From assembly GCF_036365525.1 (NCBI RefSeq), contig NC_090377.1:115260519-115324518 (forward strand): a stretch of DNA of 64,000 nt. Reading direction: 5' to 3'. The notes below the pieces were generated by a model. The model saw nothing but the letters and a program-made list of their open reading frames with translations. It was not told the origin of the DNA and searched no databases. Made by a program: the position numbers and the translations under genes. This document shows positions 13,201 through 27,026 of this stretch, piece by piece (position 1 is the stretch's first letter; each line of letters opens with the position of its first letter). The stretch comes from Heterodontus francisci (taxonomy: Eukaryota).

Positions 13201-15670
13201 GGGGGTGGGGTTGATTGGTGATGGGGGTGTTGATGGGTGATTGGGTGGGTGATGGCGGTGTTCAGGGGGCGGGGTTGATGGGGGGGGGTTGATGGGTGAT
13301 GGGGTGTTGATGGGTGATGGGGGGTGATTGGGGGGTTGATGGGTGATGGGGGTGTTCAGGGCGCGGGGTTGATGGGGGGGTTGATGGGTGATGGGGATGT
13401 TGATAGGGGGGTTGCTCGGTGATGGGTGGGGGTGATTGGGGGGTTGATGGGGGTGTTGATGGGTGATCGGTGATGGGGGGGGTGATGGGGTTGTGGATCG
13501 GTGATGGGGGTGTTGATCGGTGATGGGGGGGGTGATTGGGGGGTGTTGATCGGTGATGGGGGGGGTGATTGGGGGGGGGGTTGATGGGTGATGGGGGTGT
13601 TGATCGATGGGGGGGGGTGATTGGGGGGGGGGTTTGATGGGTGATGGGGGTGTTGATCGGTGATGGGGGGGTGATTGGGGGGTGTTGATCGGTGATGGGG
13701 GGGTGATTGGGGGGTGTTGATCGGTGATGGGGGGGTGATTGGGGGGTGTTGATCGGTGATGGGGGGGTGATTGGGGGGTGTTGATCGGTGATTGGGGGGT
13801 GTTGATCGGATGGGGGGGTGATTGGGGGGGGGGGTTGATGGGTGATGGGGGGTGTTGATCGGTGATGGGGGGGTGATTGGGGGTGGGTTGATGGGTGATG
13901 GGGGGTGTTGATCGGTGATGGGGGGGTGATTGGGGGTGGGTTGATGGGTGATGGGGGTGTTGATCGGTGATGGGGGGGTGATTGGGGGGGGGTTGATGGG
14001 TGATGGGGGTGTTGATCGGTGATGGGGGGGTGATTGGGGGGTGTTGATCTGTGATTGGGGGGTGTTGATCGGTGATGGGGGGTGATTGGGGGGTGTTGAT
14101 CTGTGATTGGGGGGTGTTGATCGGTGATGGGGGGGTGATTGGGGGGTGTTGATCGGTGATTGGGGGGTGTTGATCGGATGGGGGGGTGATTGGGGGGGGG
14201 GTTGATGGGTGATGGGGGGGTGATTGGGGGGGGGTTGATGGGTGATGGGGGGGTGATTGGGGGGGGGTTGATCGGTGATGGGGGGGTGATTGGGGGGGGG
14301 TTGATGGGTGATGGGGGGGTGATTGGGGGGGGGTTGATGGGTGATGGGGGTGTTGATCGGTGATGGGGGGGTGATTGGGGGGGGGTTGATGGGTGATGGG
14401 GGTGTTGATCGGTGATGGGGGGGTGATTGGGGGGTGTTGATCTGTGATTGGGGGGTGTTGATCGGTGATGGGGGGTGATTGGGGGGGGGTTGATCGGTGA
14501 TGGGGGGGTGATTGGGGGGGGGTTGATGGGTGATGGGGGGGTGATTGGGGGGGGGTTGATGGGTGATGGGGGTGTTGATCGGTGATGGGGGGGTGATTGG
14601 GGGGGGGTTGATGGGTGATGGGGGGGTGATTGGGGGGGGGTTGATGGGTGATGGGGGTGTTGATCGGTGATGGGGGGGTGATTGGGGGGGGGTTGATCGG
14701 TGATGGGGGGGTGATTGGGGGGGGGTTGATGGGTGATGGGGGTGTTGATCGGTGATGGGGGGGTGATTGGGGGGTGTTGATCTGTGATTGGGGGGTGTTG
14801 ATCGGTGATGGGGGGTGATTGGGGGGGGGGTTGATGGGTGATGGGGGGGTGATTGGGGGGGGGTTGATGGGTGATGGGGGGGTGATTGGGGGGGGGTTGA
14901 TCGGTGATGGGGGGGTGATTGGGGGGTGTTGATCGGTGATGGGGGGGTGATTGGGGGGTGTTGATCGGTGATGGGGGGGGTGATTGGGGGGTGTTGATCG
15001 GTGATTGGGGGGTGTTGATCGGATGGGGGGGTGATTGGGGGGGGGGTTGATGGGTGATGGGGGGGTGATTGGGGGGGGGTTGATGGGTGATGGGGGGGTG
15101 ATTGGGGGGGGGTTGATCGGTGATGGGGGGGTGATTGGGGGGGGGGTTGATGGGTGATGGGGGGGTGATTGGGGGGTGTTGATCGGTGATGGGGGGGTGA
15201 TTGGGGGGTGTTGATCGGTGATGGGGGGGTGATTGGGGGGTGTTGATCGGTGATGGGGGGGGGGTTGATGGGTGATGGGGGTGTTGATCGATGGGGGGGG
15301 TGATTGGGGGGGGGGTTGATGGGTGATGGGGGGGTGTTGATCGGTGATGGGGGGGTGATTGGGAGGTGTTGATCGGTGATGGGGGGGTGATTGGGGGGTG
15401 TTGATCGGTGATTGGGGGGGTGATTGGGGGGTGTTGATCGGTGATTGGGGGGTGTTGATCGGATGGGGGGGTGATTGGGGGGGGGTTGATGGGTGATGGG
15501 GGGGTGATTGGGGGGGGTTGATGGGTGATGGGGGTGTTGATGGGTGATGGGGGGGTGATTGGGGGGTGTTGATCGGTGATGGGGGGGTGATTGGGGGGTG
15601 TTGATGGGTGATGGGGGTGTTGATTGGGGGTTGATGGTTATTGGGGGAGGGTTGTTGGGGTATGGGGGGC
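10224..15670. repeat. 5.4-kb G-rich compound tandem array
   Basis: Successive sub-arrays (gttgatggggaagagggggg; gggaagggggagatggggatgga; gtgttgatcggtgatgggggggtgattggggg), extreme G/C strand skew. Confidence 0.95.
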
Positions 15671-15674
15671 GGTT

Positions 15675-16010
15675 ATAGGGGCCTGTGCGCCCGGGCTCTA
15701 GTCAGAGGAGAGAGCGGATCGTAGGCTGGGATAGGTCCCGTTTCAGCCGGACCCGGATCCAGTGCAGTCCTGAGCGGGGTGCGGAACAGCCCAGATTCTG
15801 GGCCGGAAGCAGTTGTGTGAAGAGCTTTCGGTTTTATTTTCTCTTCGAGGATCGAGCTGAGGTCTAAGTGCAAGCCCGGACACGCGTACGGGTCGGTGTG
15901 ATTCACTCCTGGGTATAATGCCTGAACTCCGCCCCGGGAACCTCCCGTTTCGCTGCTGGGCCCAGACGGAGGAAGATGTTGGAGGCCTAGGCCCTCAGCA
16001 GCAGCGGGTT
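15675..16010 (+). promoter_or_regulatory. CpG-rich candidate CFLAR promoter (proximal)
   Basis: High CpG density, CCGGAAG ETS motif (~15803), TTTCGGTTT IRF-like motif, GC box CCGCCCC and GGGAACCTCCC kB-like motif, 2.2 kb upstream of the first coding exon. Confidence 0.5.
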
Positions 16011-16434
16011 AGAGTTTGTGGCCCAGGCTGGAGACTGGGCTTGTACTTTCTCCAGTATAGAGCGTGGTGGGGGAGGGGGGGATCTAATTGAAATATTTCA
16101 GATGATTAAAGGAGTTGATTGGGTAGAGAGAGAGAACTGGTGGGAGAGCCCAGAACAAAGGGGGCATAACCTTAAAATTAGAGCAGGGAACCAAGGTTGG
16201 TGGACTGAGCTAAGGTACAGGTATAGATGGAACAGGCTTGAGGGGCTGAATGGCCTCCTCCTGTTGCAATCAACAGACCAGGGGAGCTGAAAATCCTGGA
16301 ATCAGATCAGCAACACCTCATTGAAAGCAACGGGAGGAGTGTTGGGTGCTGCTAGATGGACAAATCACAATGGGCTAAATGGCCTTCCTCAGTGGTAACT
16401 ATGTTGGGAGGATGAGGCTCACTGCAGGATAGAC

Positions 16435-16770
16435 AGATACAGATAGATAGAGATACAGCACTGAAACAAGATCTTCGGCCCACCGAGTCTGTGCTGACCA
16501 TCAACCACCCATTTATACTAATCCTACACTAATTCCATATTCCTACCCACCTGTCCCTATATTTCCCTACCACCTACCTATACTAGGGACAATTTATAAT
16601 GGCCAATTTACCTATCAACCTGCAAGTCTTTGGCATATGGGAGGAAACCGGAGCACCTGGAGGAAACCCACGCAGAGACAGGGAGAGCTTGCAAATTCCA
16701 CACAGGCAGTACCCAGAATTGAACCCGGGTCGCTGGAGCTGTGAGGCTGCGGTGCTAACTGTGCCGCAGT
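16435..16770 (-). mobile_element. HE1-like V-SINE
   Basis: Reverse complement has a tRNA-like head (GGTTCAATTC), V-domain GCGTGGGTTTCCTCC..GCTCCGGTTTCCTCCCA and a simple-repeat tail; same family at 41422 and 48528. Confidence 0.8.
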
Positions 16771-18306
16771 GGTGAGCACTTACTGGATAGTGTGGGGTAA
16801 AGAATGTATACAGGCAGCAGAGGAATGGGAAGCTTCAGTCACTCGACTCCAAACTGGGAGTTTCCTGATCAGATCAGCACCAGGAACTCTGAGCAGTCCA
16901 CCGCGGGTGTTCCCACCTTTGGTGTAAACTGGTTAAATCAAATCTGCCGTTTTCCTTCAGTTGCAGGAGTCCCTTTTACCTGGATGACAAGCCCAAAGGA
17001 GGAGGGCCTCTGATGCACAGCCGGTTCATGCATGCAATGGGCAGAGAAGCCATCATAATAGAGGCGGTGGAATGTTTGGGGTCGCTGAGCAGAATGTGGT
17101 TGAACATCGGCATCAGCAAGGAGCAGTAGGTTTGTAAATGGGGAAAGGTCCAAGGAATGAGCTGAAACCTACAGGGGTTATCACTGAGAGAGATGTCAAG
17201 GAGGGGAGGGAAATCAGGACCGGATTAAAATTGTAATATTGAATAAGGAGAATAAACAACCACACAATGAAAATGAATGGGAATAAAACAAACTGGCTCC
17301 AAAATAGATCAGTAAGGAAATGAAACTGGGAATAAGGAAATGTCAACTGTTAGACTAAAGAAAAAGAGCAAGACGGGGGAGTGGTGTTGGGTTTTGCTGA
17401 AAACATGGAATAGGGGTATTGGCGAGAGGAAGAAAACTGGGGGAGAGGGGTAGAGTTTTAATGAAACAGGATATTAGAGGGAGGGAGTTGAGGAGAGGGA
17501 GAGAGATTGGGTAGGGAAGAAGGGTTTTATTGAAACAGGAGACAGACTATTGGCAGATGGGGAGGGGAGACTGAACAATAGAAAATAGCTAACTATTAAC
17601 TGTATATTATCTAATTGTCATGTGTTAAATACAGTGTAAATCTCCTTCTACACTGCCCCATCAAACACTCCCAGGGCAGGTACAGCATGGGTTCAATACA
17701 GAGTAAAGCTCCCTCTACACTGCCCATTAAATGTTCTGACCTAGAATTAAAAGTCTTAATGGAAAGTGTGGAGCCCTCCCCCTTGTTTCTAATACTTGCT
17801 GAGGTTCCATGGGTGTCAGTTGACCTGCAGTATGTCACCCCAAGCATCCACTCTGTGTGTGTTGGTCTGCCACGTGACTGGGGTGTTAATGAGCTGGGTG
17901 AAGATCCTGTCTGCAGTTAGCTACTTCTTGTAGGGATCACTCGCACTGATCAGTGTTGAGAATCTCAGCTGATAAATCTACCCATTGCCTAGCTCCAGCA
18001 TGCTGATGCCTGACTGTGGTCATGATTGAGTGCATCTGAGCAAGTGCAGCTTTAGAATAAAGCCTGGGATTTTTCTCTTGGTCATGGGGCCAGTTGCACA
18101 GCACTTGGAGTATCCTGAACCAAAAAGCATTTATGGTCACTTAATTGATGTTCGTCTCCCCATTTAGGCCTCCTTCTGAGTTTCGTTAGATGCGAGAAAG
18201 GAGAAGTCGGTGGCGTCATCAGAAATGAGATCGCAGCACGAGATTATCAGTCGTTGGAACCTCAGCTTCCTCTAAGGGATCGTTGGGTTGCTTGCTTCAA
18301 CCTTCT

Positions 18307-18611
18307 ATGATGTTTAACCAAGGTGGTAGAGACATCAGAACTCTGGCTGTGGAAATAGCTGGCGAACTGTCACAAGAGGAAAGTGTCACCTTGGTGTATT
18401 TGTGCCTGGATTTTGTCAAAGACTACTCAGCCATTGGGGAAGTGAAACAGCTCTTCGAGATCCTGAGCAAGCAGAACCTGCTGAAGTTCGATTTCCTGAC
18501 TGAACTGCTTTATCGAATAAGGAGATTCGATATCCTGAGAAGAATGAAGGTTGACCTGGTGTGTTTTGAGAGAAGTTTGAGAGCTGGTCAAGGATATGTG
18601 TCTTTATACAG
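18307..18611 (+). CDS. CFLAR: c-FLIP coding exon 1 (DED1)
   Basis: MMFNQ..ELSQEE..LVYLCLD..TELLYRIRRFDILRR..VSLYR; acceptor at 18167/18168, donor AG|GTAAAA. Confidence 0.9.
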
Positions 18612-18969
18612 GTAAAATTAATCTCTGAGTAATGGGATGGGTTCTATCCCTCCTGCCTTTGAAGGAAGCTAGGCTTCTCCATTTCCAACTCCCCTGAATA
18701 TAGCGGATCACGTTCTGTTGGCAGCTGTGCTAAGCAGTTGTTTGCTGCAGTATGTGGCAATTTGTAGTGAATAGAGTCAAGTACAGCAGCAAGGAAGCTA
18801 ATTTTATTCCCCAGGCTATTGTGCTCACAGTCACCCAACATCGCAATGCTCAAATTATCTTTTATGTGTTTTGGCTGGTCAGTGTCACCTTATGTCGGGG
18901 GTGGGGCGCAGTGTCGGTGACTCATCCAGGTAATGGGATGTGGATCCGATCTGAATGTTGATCTGCTCG

Positions 18970-20450
18970 TAGGAATGAGAATTATCCATTCAACCCCTCA
19001 GGTCTGTTCCACAATTCAAGTAGACCATGCTGATCTGTATCTTAACTCCATCTACCTGCCTTGGTTCCGCATTGCTTAAAATTCCCTTGCCTAAGTTGAC
19101 CCCACAGCCTCAAAAGCTTTTTGGGGGACAGCGTTCCAGACTTCCACTGCCTTATGTATGAAGAAGTGCTTCCTGACATCATCCCAGAATGGCCTAGTTC
19201 CAATTCTTGTTCTGGACTGCCCAACCAGCCAAAATAGTTTCTCTTTATCTATCCTGTCAACTTCTTTAATCATCTTAAACACCTCAATTCAATTACTCCT
19301 TAATCTTTCATATTTAAGGGAGTATGAGCCTAGACTATTCAACCTGTTGGTACAAAGATAGGTGGGAAAGCAAGTTGTGAGGAGGACACAAAGAGTCTAC
19401 AAAGAGACATAGATAGGTTAAGTGATTGGGCAAAAATCTGGAAAATGTGAGGTTGTCCAGTTTGATGGGAAGAATAAAAAAGCAGAATATTATTTAAATG
19501 GAGAGAAACTACAGAACGCTATGGTACAGAGGGACCTGGGTGTCCTCGTACATGAACCACGGAAAGTTAGCATGCAGGTACAGCAAGTAATTAGGAAGGC
19601 AAATGGAATTTTGGGCTTTATTGCCAGGGGGATGGAGTATAAAAGTAGGTAAGTCTTGCTAAAACTGTACAGGGCATTGGTGAGACCATACCTAGAGTAC
19701 TGCATACAATTTTGGTCTCCTTGTTCGGGGAGGGATATACTTGCATTGGAGGCAGTTCGGAGAAGGTTTACGAGGTTGATTTCTGGAATTAAGGGGTTGC
19801 CTCATGAGGAAAGGTTGAGCAGTTTGGGCCTATGTTCATTGGAGTTTAGAAGAATGAGAGGTGATCTTATTGAAACATATAAGATTTTGAGGGGGCGTGA
19901 CAGGGTAGATGCTGAGGGGATGTTTCCTCTTGTGGGGGAATCTAGAACTAGGGGGCACAGTTTCAAAATAAGGGGTCTCCCTTTTAAGACTGAGATGAGG
20001 AGGAATTTCTTCTCTCAGGAGGTTGTTAATCTTTGGAATTCTCTTCCCCAGAGAGCAATGGAGGCTGGGTTATTGAATATATTCAAGGCTGAGCTGGACA
20101 GATTTTTGATCTACAAGGGAGTCAAGGGTTCTGGGGGCAGGCAGGAAAGTGGAGTTAAGACCACAATCAGATCAGCCATGATCTTATTGAATGGCAGAGC
20201 AGGCTTGGGGGACCAAATGGCCTGCTCCTGCTCCTGTTTCATATGTTCTTATCTTCGGTGCTCATAATTTAACCTTTTTAGCCCTGGTATCATTCTGGTG
20301 AATCTAAGACAAATATATCTTCCTGCGGTGCCAGAAACTGAATGCAGTACTCTAAATGGGGACAGACCAAGGCTCTACATCTGTAACATAACTTCCACCC
20401 CTTTGTATTTCAGCCTCCTTGAGATAACTTTCCATTAGCTTTTTGAATTA
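18970..20450. mobile_element. Nested CR1 LINEs: + strand copy (~19345-20260) inside a - strand copy
   Basis: 203-aa ORF 'LVRPYLEYCIQFWSP..RTRGH' on +; minus-strand CR1 3' end at 18970-19345 resumes after ~20265. Confidence 0.8.
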
Positions 20451-20533
20451 TTACTGGGGTTCTGGGTAACAGACTGTTGATGCGTTCAGAGTAACTAACT
20501 GATGCTTTGCATCTCTCTCTCTCGGTAATACAG

Positions 20534-20639
20534 GTTGCTGATGATGGACATCAGTGAAAATCTCTCGCAAGAAGATTTGCAATCTATTGTATTTTTATTA
20601 CATTGTCAAGTACCGAAAGGCCGCCAGGAAGCAGTGAAG
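20534..20639 (+). CDS. CFLAR: c-FLIP coding exon 2 (DED2 N-half)
   Basis: cag|G LLMMDISENLSQEDLQSIVFLLHCQVPKGRQEAVK|gtaatt; 106 nt, phase-compatible. Confidence 0.92.
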
Positions 20640-21309
20640 GTAATTTCATCATGACTGTGCTTTCCATCCTGGACTCGGGTCCATTGATGGTGGGTGCAAA
20701 CCGCAGTTTGTGCGTAGGGAAGATAATTTTGGGGTGTGTCAAGTCAGCCCACCATGACCAAACGCTATAACCTGCAGCTCCTTTCATTAACCCAGCTATT
20801 ATCTCCTATTTATTTTAGTTTCACATCGCAGAACAAGAAATTGCATCTTGACAGCATCTCATCACTGCTGTCAGCAAAGCACCAGATGAGTTACAGCCGC
20901 AGCTACTGTATAGATGGATGCTGCAGCCATTTTATGCACAGCAAGATCCCAAAGACGCACTTCATGCATAACAATAAATGGTTATATAGTCTGCAGCACA
21001 GAAAGCACTTGTTTTATTGATGAGTTTCCTCTGTGGCTCCATATGAAATGCCTTTGCATATACACATACACAACATCCACAGCATTGCCCTTTTCCATAT
21101 AGTCCCTCACACTGCTGTCTTAATTTCCGAGCACTAGAACCAGCATTTGCTTCCTCGTTTGTTGGATTAGCCTGATCCAGAAAGCCATCCTGGACACATT
21201 TCCTTTCTGACACTCCCTTTTCTCTTTCATTCTCCTTTCTGTTTCCTCAACTAATTTTTTTCCCTTCAGGTTTTCTCACCCCTTCCCAGAGCACTAGTTT
21301 TTTTTAATA

Positions 21310-23330
21310 TATTATTGTGGAAGTGGGCAAGGTGGTGGTGAGCCGCTGCCTTGAACGGCTGCAGTCCATGTGGTGTACATACACCCACAGTGCTTTGGGA
21401 GGGAGGGAGTTTCAGGTTTTTGACCCAGTGACAGTGAAGGAATGATATAGTTCCAAGTCAGGATGGTGAGTGACTTGGAGGGGAACATGCAGGTGGTGGT
21501 GTTCCCATGCGCCTGCTGTCCTTGTACTCCTGGAGGTTGGGTTTGGAAGGTGCTGTTGAAGAAGACTTGCCAAGTTGCTGCAGTGCATCTTGGAGTACAC
21601 ACTGCTACCACGTAACTTTGGTGAAGGGAGTGAATGTTTAAGGTGCTGGATGGGGTGCCAGTCAAGTGGGCTGCTTGGTTCTGAATGGTTTCGAACTTCT
21701 TGCGAGTTGCCTTATCCAGGCATGTGGAGAGTATTCTGCCAGAATCCTGACTTGTGCTTTTGTAGGCGGTGGAAGGGCATTGGGGAGTAAGAAGGTGAGT
21801 TACCCGCCACGGAATACTCAACCTCCGACCTGCTCTTGTAACCACAGTCTTTATGTGACTGGTCCACTTAGGTTTCTAGCCAATGGTGATCCCCAGGATG
21901 TTGATCGTGGCAGATTCAGCAATGGTAATGCCGTTGATGTCAAGGTTAGACTCTTCGTTGATGGAGATTGTCATTGCCTGGCACTTCTGTGGTTCGAATG
22001 TTACTTGCCACTTATTAGCCCAAGCCTGAATGTCATCCAGGCTTTGCTGCATGTGGACACTTCTGACCTAATGATTGATGAAGCAGCTGAAGATGGTTGA
22101 GCTTAGGCCACTACCTTGAGGAACTCCTGCAGTGATGTCCTGGGACTGAGATGATTAGCCTCCAACAAAACAACCATCTTTCTTTGTGCTAAGTATGACT
22201 TTAACCAGCGAAGAGTTTTTCTTCTGATTCCCATTGACTTCAATTTTGCTAGGGCTCCTTGATGCTACATTTGGTCAAATGCTGCCTTAATGTCAAGGGC
22301 AGTCACTGTCACCTCATCTCTGGAATTCAGCTCTTTTGTCCATGTTTGGACTGAGGCTGTAATGAAGTCTGGAGCTGAGTTGTCCTGTTGGAAGCCAAGC
22401 TGAATATTGGTGAGCAGGTTATTGCTGAGTAAGTGCTGTTTCATAGCACTGTCGACATCCCTTCCATCACTTTACTGATGGTCGAGAGTAGACTGATAAG
22501 GCAGTGATTGGCTGGATTGGATTTGTCCTGTTTTTTGTGGACAGAACATACCTGGGCAATTTTCCACATTGTCTGGTAGATGCTAGTGTTGTAGCTTTAC
22601 TAGCACACCTTGGCTAGGAGCACAGTTAGATCTGGAGCACAAGTCTTCAGCACTGTAGCTGGGATCCTTTCGGGGCCCATCGTCTTTGATGTATCCAGTG
22701 CGCTCAGCTGTTTCTTGATCTCATGTAGAGGGATTCAAATTAGCTGTAGACTGGTATCTGTGATGGTGGGGATGTTAAGTGGAGGCCGAGATTGATCATC
22801 CACTCGGCACTTCTGCTGAAGATCTTTGCAAATGCTTCTGTCTTGTCTTTTACATTCATATACTGACTCCGCCATCATTGATGATGGCGATGTTCATGGA
22901 GCCTCCTCCTCCCATTAGCTCTTTGATTGTCCCCGACCATTCACATTGGATGTGCCTGGAATGTAGTGCTTTGATCTGATCTGTTGCTTGTGGGATCACC
23001 TTAGCTCTGTTTTTTAGCATGCTGCTTCTGCTGTTTTAGTATGCCATAGACCTATGTTGTAGTTTCAGCAGGTTGGCACCTCACTTTTAGGTATGCCTGG
23101 TGCTAGTCCTGGCATGCTTTCCTGAATTGCTCATTGAACCAGGGTTGATCCCCTGGCTTGATGGTAATGGTAGAGTGAGTGATATGCCGGGTCACGACGT
23201 TACAGATTGTAGTTGAATACAATTCTGCTGCTGCTGATGGCCCACAGCGCCTCATGGATGCCCAGTTTTGAGCTGCTAGATCTGTTCTGAATCGATAGTG
23301 CCACCTGACACAATGGAGGATGTCCTTGGT
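21310..23330 (-). mobile_element. Degraded non-LTR retrotransposon
   Basis: Minus-strand RT-like fragments (HLLTPQ, QGSGL, PGPD-like) with many frameshifts. Confidence 0.65.
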
Positions 23331-23769
23331 GTGACGTTACTCTCAGCCCTGTTGAAAAGAAGTCCATCCATCCTGCCCCAGAACTGGGCCTACTGCCCCA
23401 GAAATTGTAACCCTTCCCTCCTACACCATCTCTCCGGCCTTGTTCATCCAGCTTGTTGATCTAACAATTGAATCACCCAATATACTTTTTGAAAACCTTT
23501 TTGTCCACCATTTTTTTTTCTTAGGTGGAATTTCTGATATCTTTTTAAAAAAAAAGTTGTAAACCAAGTTACATATTACATAGCATGTGCGACACAGAAA
23601 CAGGCATTCAGCTCATCGGATTCATGCTGCTATCTTTTATTCACGTGTTTCCTCCCACCCTACTTCGTCTCCCTCTATCAGCATATCTTTCTATTCCTTT
23701 CTCCCTCATGTACTTATTTATCTTCCACTTGAATGCATTTATGCTATTCGCCTCAACAGAGGACAGTTC

Positions 23770-24510
23770 ATAACATAAGAAAGATTGAACTCCATTTTCG
23801 CATCCTATTCTTAGATTTTAGGGCACCACATGAATATATCGATTTCAGTTTTGAATACACTCAATGACTGAGTATCCATAGCTCTCTAGGGTAAAGAATT
23901 CCAAAGATTCACGTCCCTCTGAGTGAAGAAATTTCTCCTTAGCTCAGTCCTAATTGGCTGATCTCTTATTCTGAAACTATGCTCCCTAGTTCTTAGTCTC
24001 CAGCCGGGGAAAACACAATCTCAGCATCAACCCTGTCAAGTCTTTTAAGTATTGTATACATTTCAATGAGATCACCTCTCATTCTTCTAAACTCCAGAGA
24101 GTATGCGCCCATTCTACTCAATCTCTCCTCATTACACAGCCCTCTCATCCCAGGAATCAATCTAGTGAACCTTCATTGCACCTCCTCTAATATATCCTTC
24201 CTTAGGTAAGCAGACAAAAACTGTACACAGTACTTCAGGTATGGTCTCGCCAAAGCCCGATATAATTGCAGCAAAACTTCTTTACTCTTATACCCACTTG
24301 CATCCCCCCCCCTTGCAATAAAGGCTAACAACTATTTGCCTTCCTAATTGCTTGCTGTACCTGTATGTTAACTTACTGTGATTTGCATACAAGGACACCC
24401 AAATCACTCAGAATACCAACATTTACTAGTCTGTCACTTTTTAAAAAAAACAATTCTATGTTTCTACTCGTCCTACGAAAATGGATAATTTCACCCATCC
24501 CCACATTATA
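23770..24510 (-). mobile_element. CR1 LINE fragment (host of the RTE insertion)
   Basis: CR1 3' motifs on the minus strand; continues at ~26730-26830. Confidence 0.7.
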
Positions 24511-24525
24511 TATTGTATATATTAT

Positions 24526-26707
24526 CATCTTCTTCTTCGGCCTCCTTGTCCAGGGAGACAATGGGTAAGCCCCTGGAGGTGGTCAGTGGTTTGTGGAGCA
24601 GCACCTGGAGCGGCTATAAAGGCCAATTCTAGAGTGACAGACTCTTCCACAGGTGCTGCAGAAAAAATTGGTTGTCGGGGCTGTTACACAGTTGGCTCTC
24701 CCCTTGCGCTTCTGTCTTTTTTCCTGCCAATTGCTAAGTCTCTTCGACTCGCCACACTTTAGCCCCGCCTTTATGGCGGTCCGCCAGCTCTGGCGATTGC
24801 TGGCAACTGACTCCCACGACTTGTGATCAATGTTACAGGACTTCATGTCGCGTTTGCAGACATCTTTAAAGCAGAGACATGGACGGCCGGTAGGTCTGAT
24901 ACCAGTGGCGAGCTCGCTTCACAATGTGTCCTTGGGGATCCTGCCATCTTCCATGCGGCTCACATGGCCAAGCCATCTCAAGCGCCGCTGACTCAGTGGT
25001 GTGTATAAGCTGGGGATGTTGGCCGCCTCGAGGACTACTGTGTTGGAGATGCGGTCCTGCCACCTGATGCCAAGGATTCTCCGGAGGCAGTGAAGATGGA
25101 ATGAATTGAGACGTCGCTCTTGGCTGACATATGTTGTCCAGGCCTCGCTGCCGTAGAGCAAGGTACTGAGGACACAGGCTTGATACACTCGGACTTTTGT
25201 GTTCCGTGTCAGTGCGCCATTTTCCCACACTCTCTTGGCTAGTCTGGACATAGCAGTGGAAGCCTTTCCCATGTGCTTGTTGATTTCTGCATCGAGAGAC
25301 AGGTTACTGGTGATAGTTGAGCCTAGGTAGGTGAACTCTTGAACCACTTCCAGAGCATGGTCGCCGATATTGATGGATGGAGCATTTCTGACGTCCTGTC
25401 CCATGATATTCGTTTTCTTGAGGCTGATGGTTAGGCCAAATTCGTTGCAGGCAGCCGCAAACCTGTCCATGAGACTCTGCAGACACTCTTCAGTGTGAAA
25501 TGTTAATGCAGCATCGTCAGCAAAGAGGAGTTCCCTGATGAGGACTTTCCGTACTTTGGTCTTCACTCTTAGATGGGCAAGGTTGAATAACCTGCCACCT
25601 GATCTTGTGTGGAGGAAACTTCCTTCTTCTGAAGACTTGAACGCATGTGAGAGCAGCAGGGAGAAGAAAATCCCAAACAGTGTAGGTGCGAGAACACAGC
25701 CCTGTTTCACGCCACTCAGGATAGGAAAGAGGTCTGATGAGGCACCGCTATGCTGAATTGTGCCTTTCATATTGTCATGGAATGAGGTGATGATGCTTAG
25801 TAGCTTTGGTGGTCATCCGATCTTTTCTAGTAGTCTGAAGAGACCACGTCTGCTGACGAGGTCAAAGGCTTTGGTGAGATAAACGAAAGCAATGTAGAGC
25901 GACATCTGTTGTTCGTGGCATTTCTCCTGTAGCTGACGAAGGGAGAACAGCATGTCAATGGTCAATCTCTCTGCTCGAAAGGCACACTGTGCCTCAGGGT
26001 AGACATGCTCGGCCAGCTTCTGGAGACTGTTTAAAGCAACTCGAGCAAAGACTTTCCCCACTATGCTGAGCAGGGAGATTCCACGGTAGTTGTTGCAGTC
26101 ACCGCGGTCACCTTTGTTTTTATAGAGGGTGATGATATTGGCATCGCGCATGTCCTGGGGTACTGCTCCCTCGTCCCAGCACAGGCAAAGCAGTTCATAG
26201 AGTGCTGAGAGTATGGCAGGCTTAGCACTCTTGATTATTTCAGGGGTAATGCCGCCCTTCCCAGGGGCTTTTCCGCTGGCTAGAGAATCAATGGCATCAC
26301 TGAGTTCTGATTTTGTTGGCTGTATGTCCAGCTCATCCATGACTGGCGGAGACTGGGCTGCATTGAGGGCAGTCTCAGTGACAACATTCTCCCTGGAGTA
26401 CAGTTCTAGGTAGTGCTCAACCCAGCGGTCCATTTGCTTGCGTTGGTCAGTGATTGTGTCCCCTGATTTAGATTTGAGGGGGGCAATCTTCTTGATGGTT
26501 GGCCCAAAAGCTCTCTTAATGCCATCATACATTCCTCTGATGTTTCCGGTGTCTGAGGCCAGCTGAATATGACTGCATAGGTGTTGCCAGTAGTCACTTG
26601 TGCAGCGCCTGACTGTTCTTTGTGCAGCGCTTCTGGCTGCTTTAAGTGCTACGGATGTTAACTCGCTGGGGGCTTTTTTGTAGTTCAGCAGTGCAATGCA
26701 CTTAGCG
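24526..26707 (-). mobile_element. RTE-clade LINE, 5'-truncated, 11-bp TSD
   Basis: RT motifs NYRGISLL, GVKQGCVLAP, LFADD; C-terminal CxxC finger; (AAG)n tail at 24527-24538; TSD GTATATATTAT at 24515-24525 and 26708-26718. Confidence 0.92.
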
Positions 26708-27026
26708 GTATATATTATGTGGATATATTACACTCTGTCCCCTCATCTAAGTCATTGATATGGATTGCAAATAGCTGAGGCTGAAGGACTGACCCTTGCA
26801 ACATTCCACTAATTTACACCCTGCCATCCGGAAAATGACCCATCTATTCCTGGGTACAGATGGGATTGGACTGTTCTAGAACCTGGATGGACAGCAGTAT
26901 CGGGTTTTATTGGGTTGATATTAATCAGTCAGATAATATTGGGTTATAATTTTGAGCATGTTCCTCTCTGTCTGCCATTCAAATTGGGATCTGTTCCCAA
27001 GCTAACGGAGGATTTCTATCTGCTAG

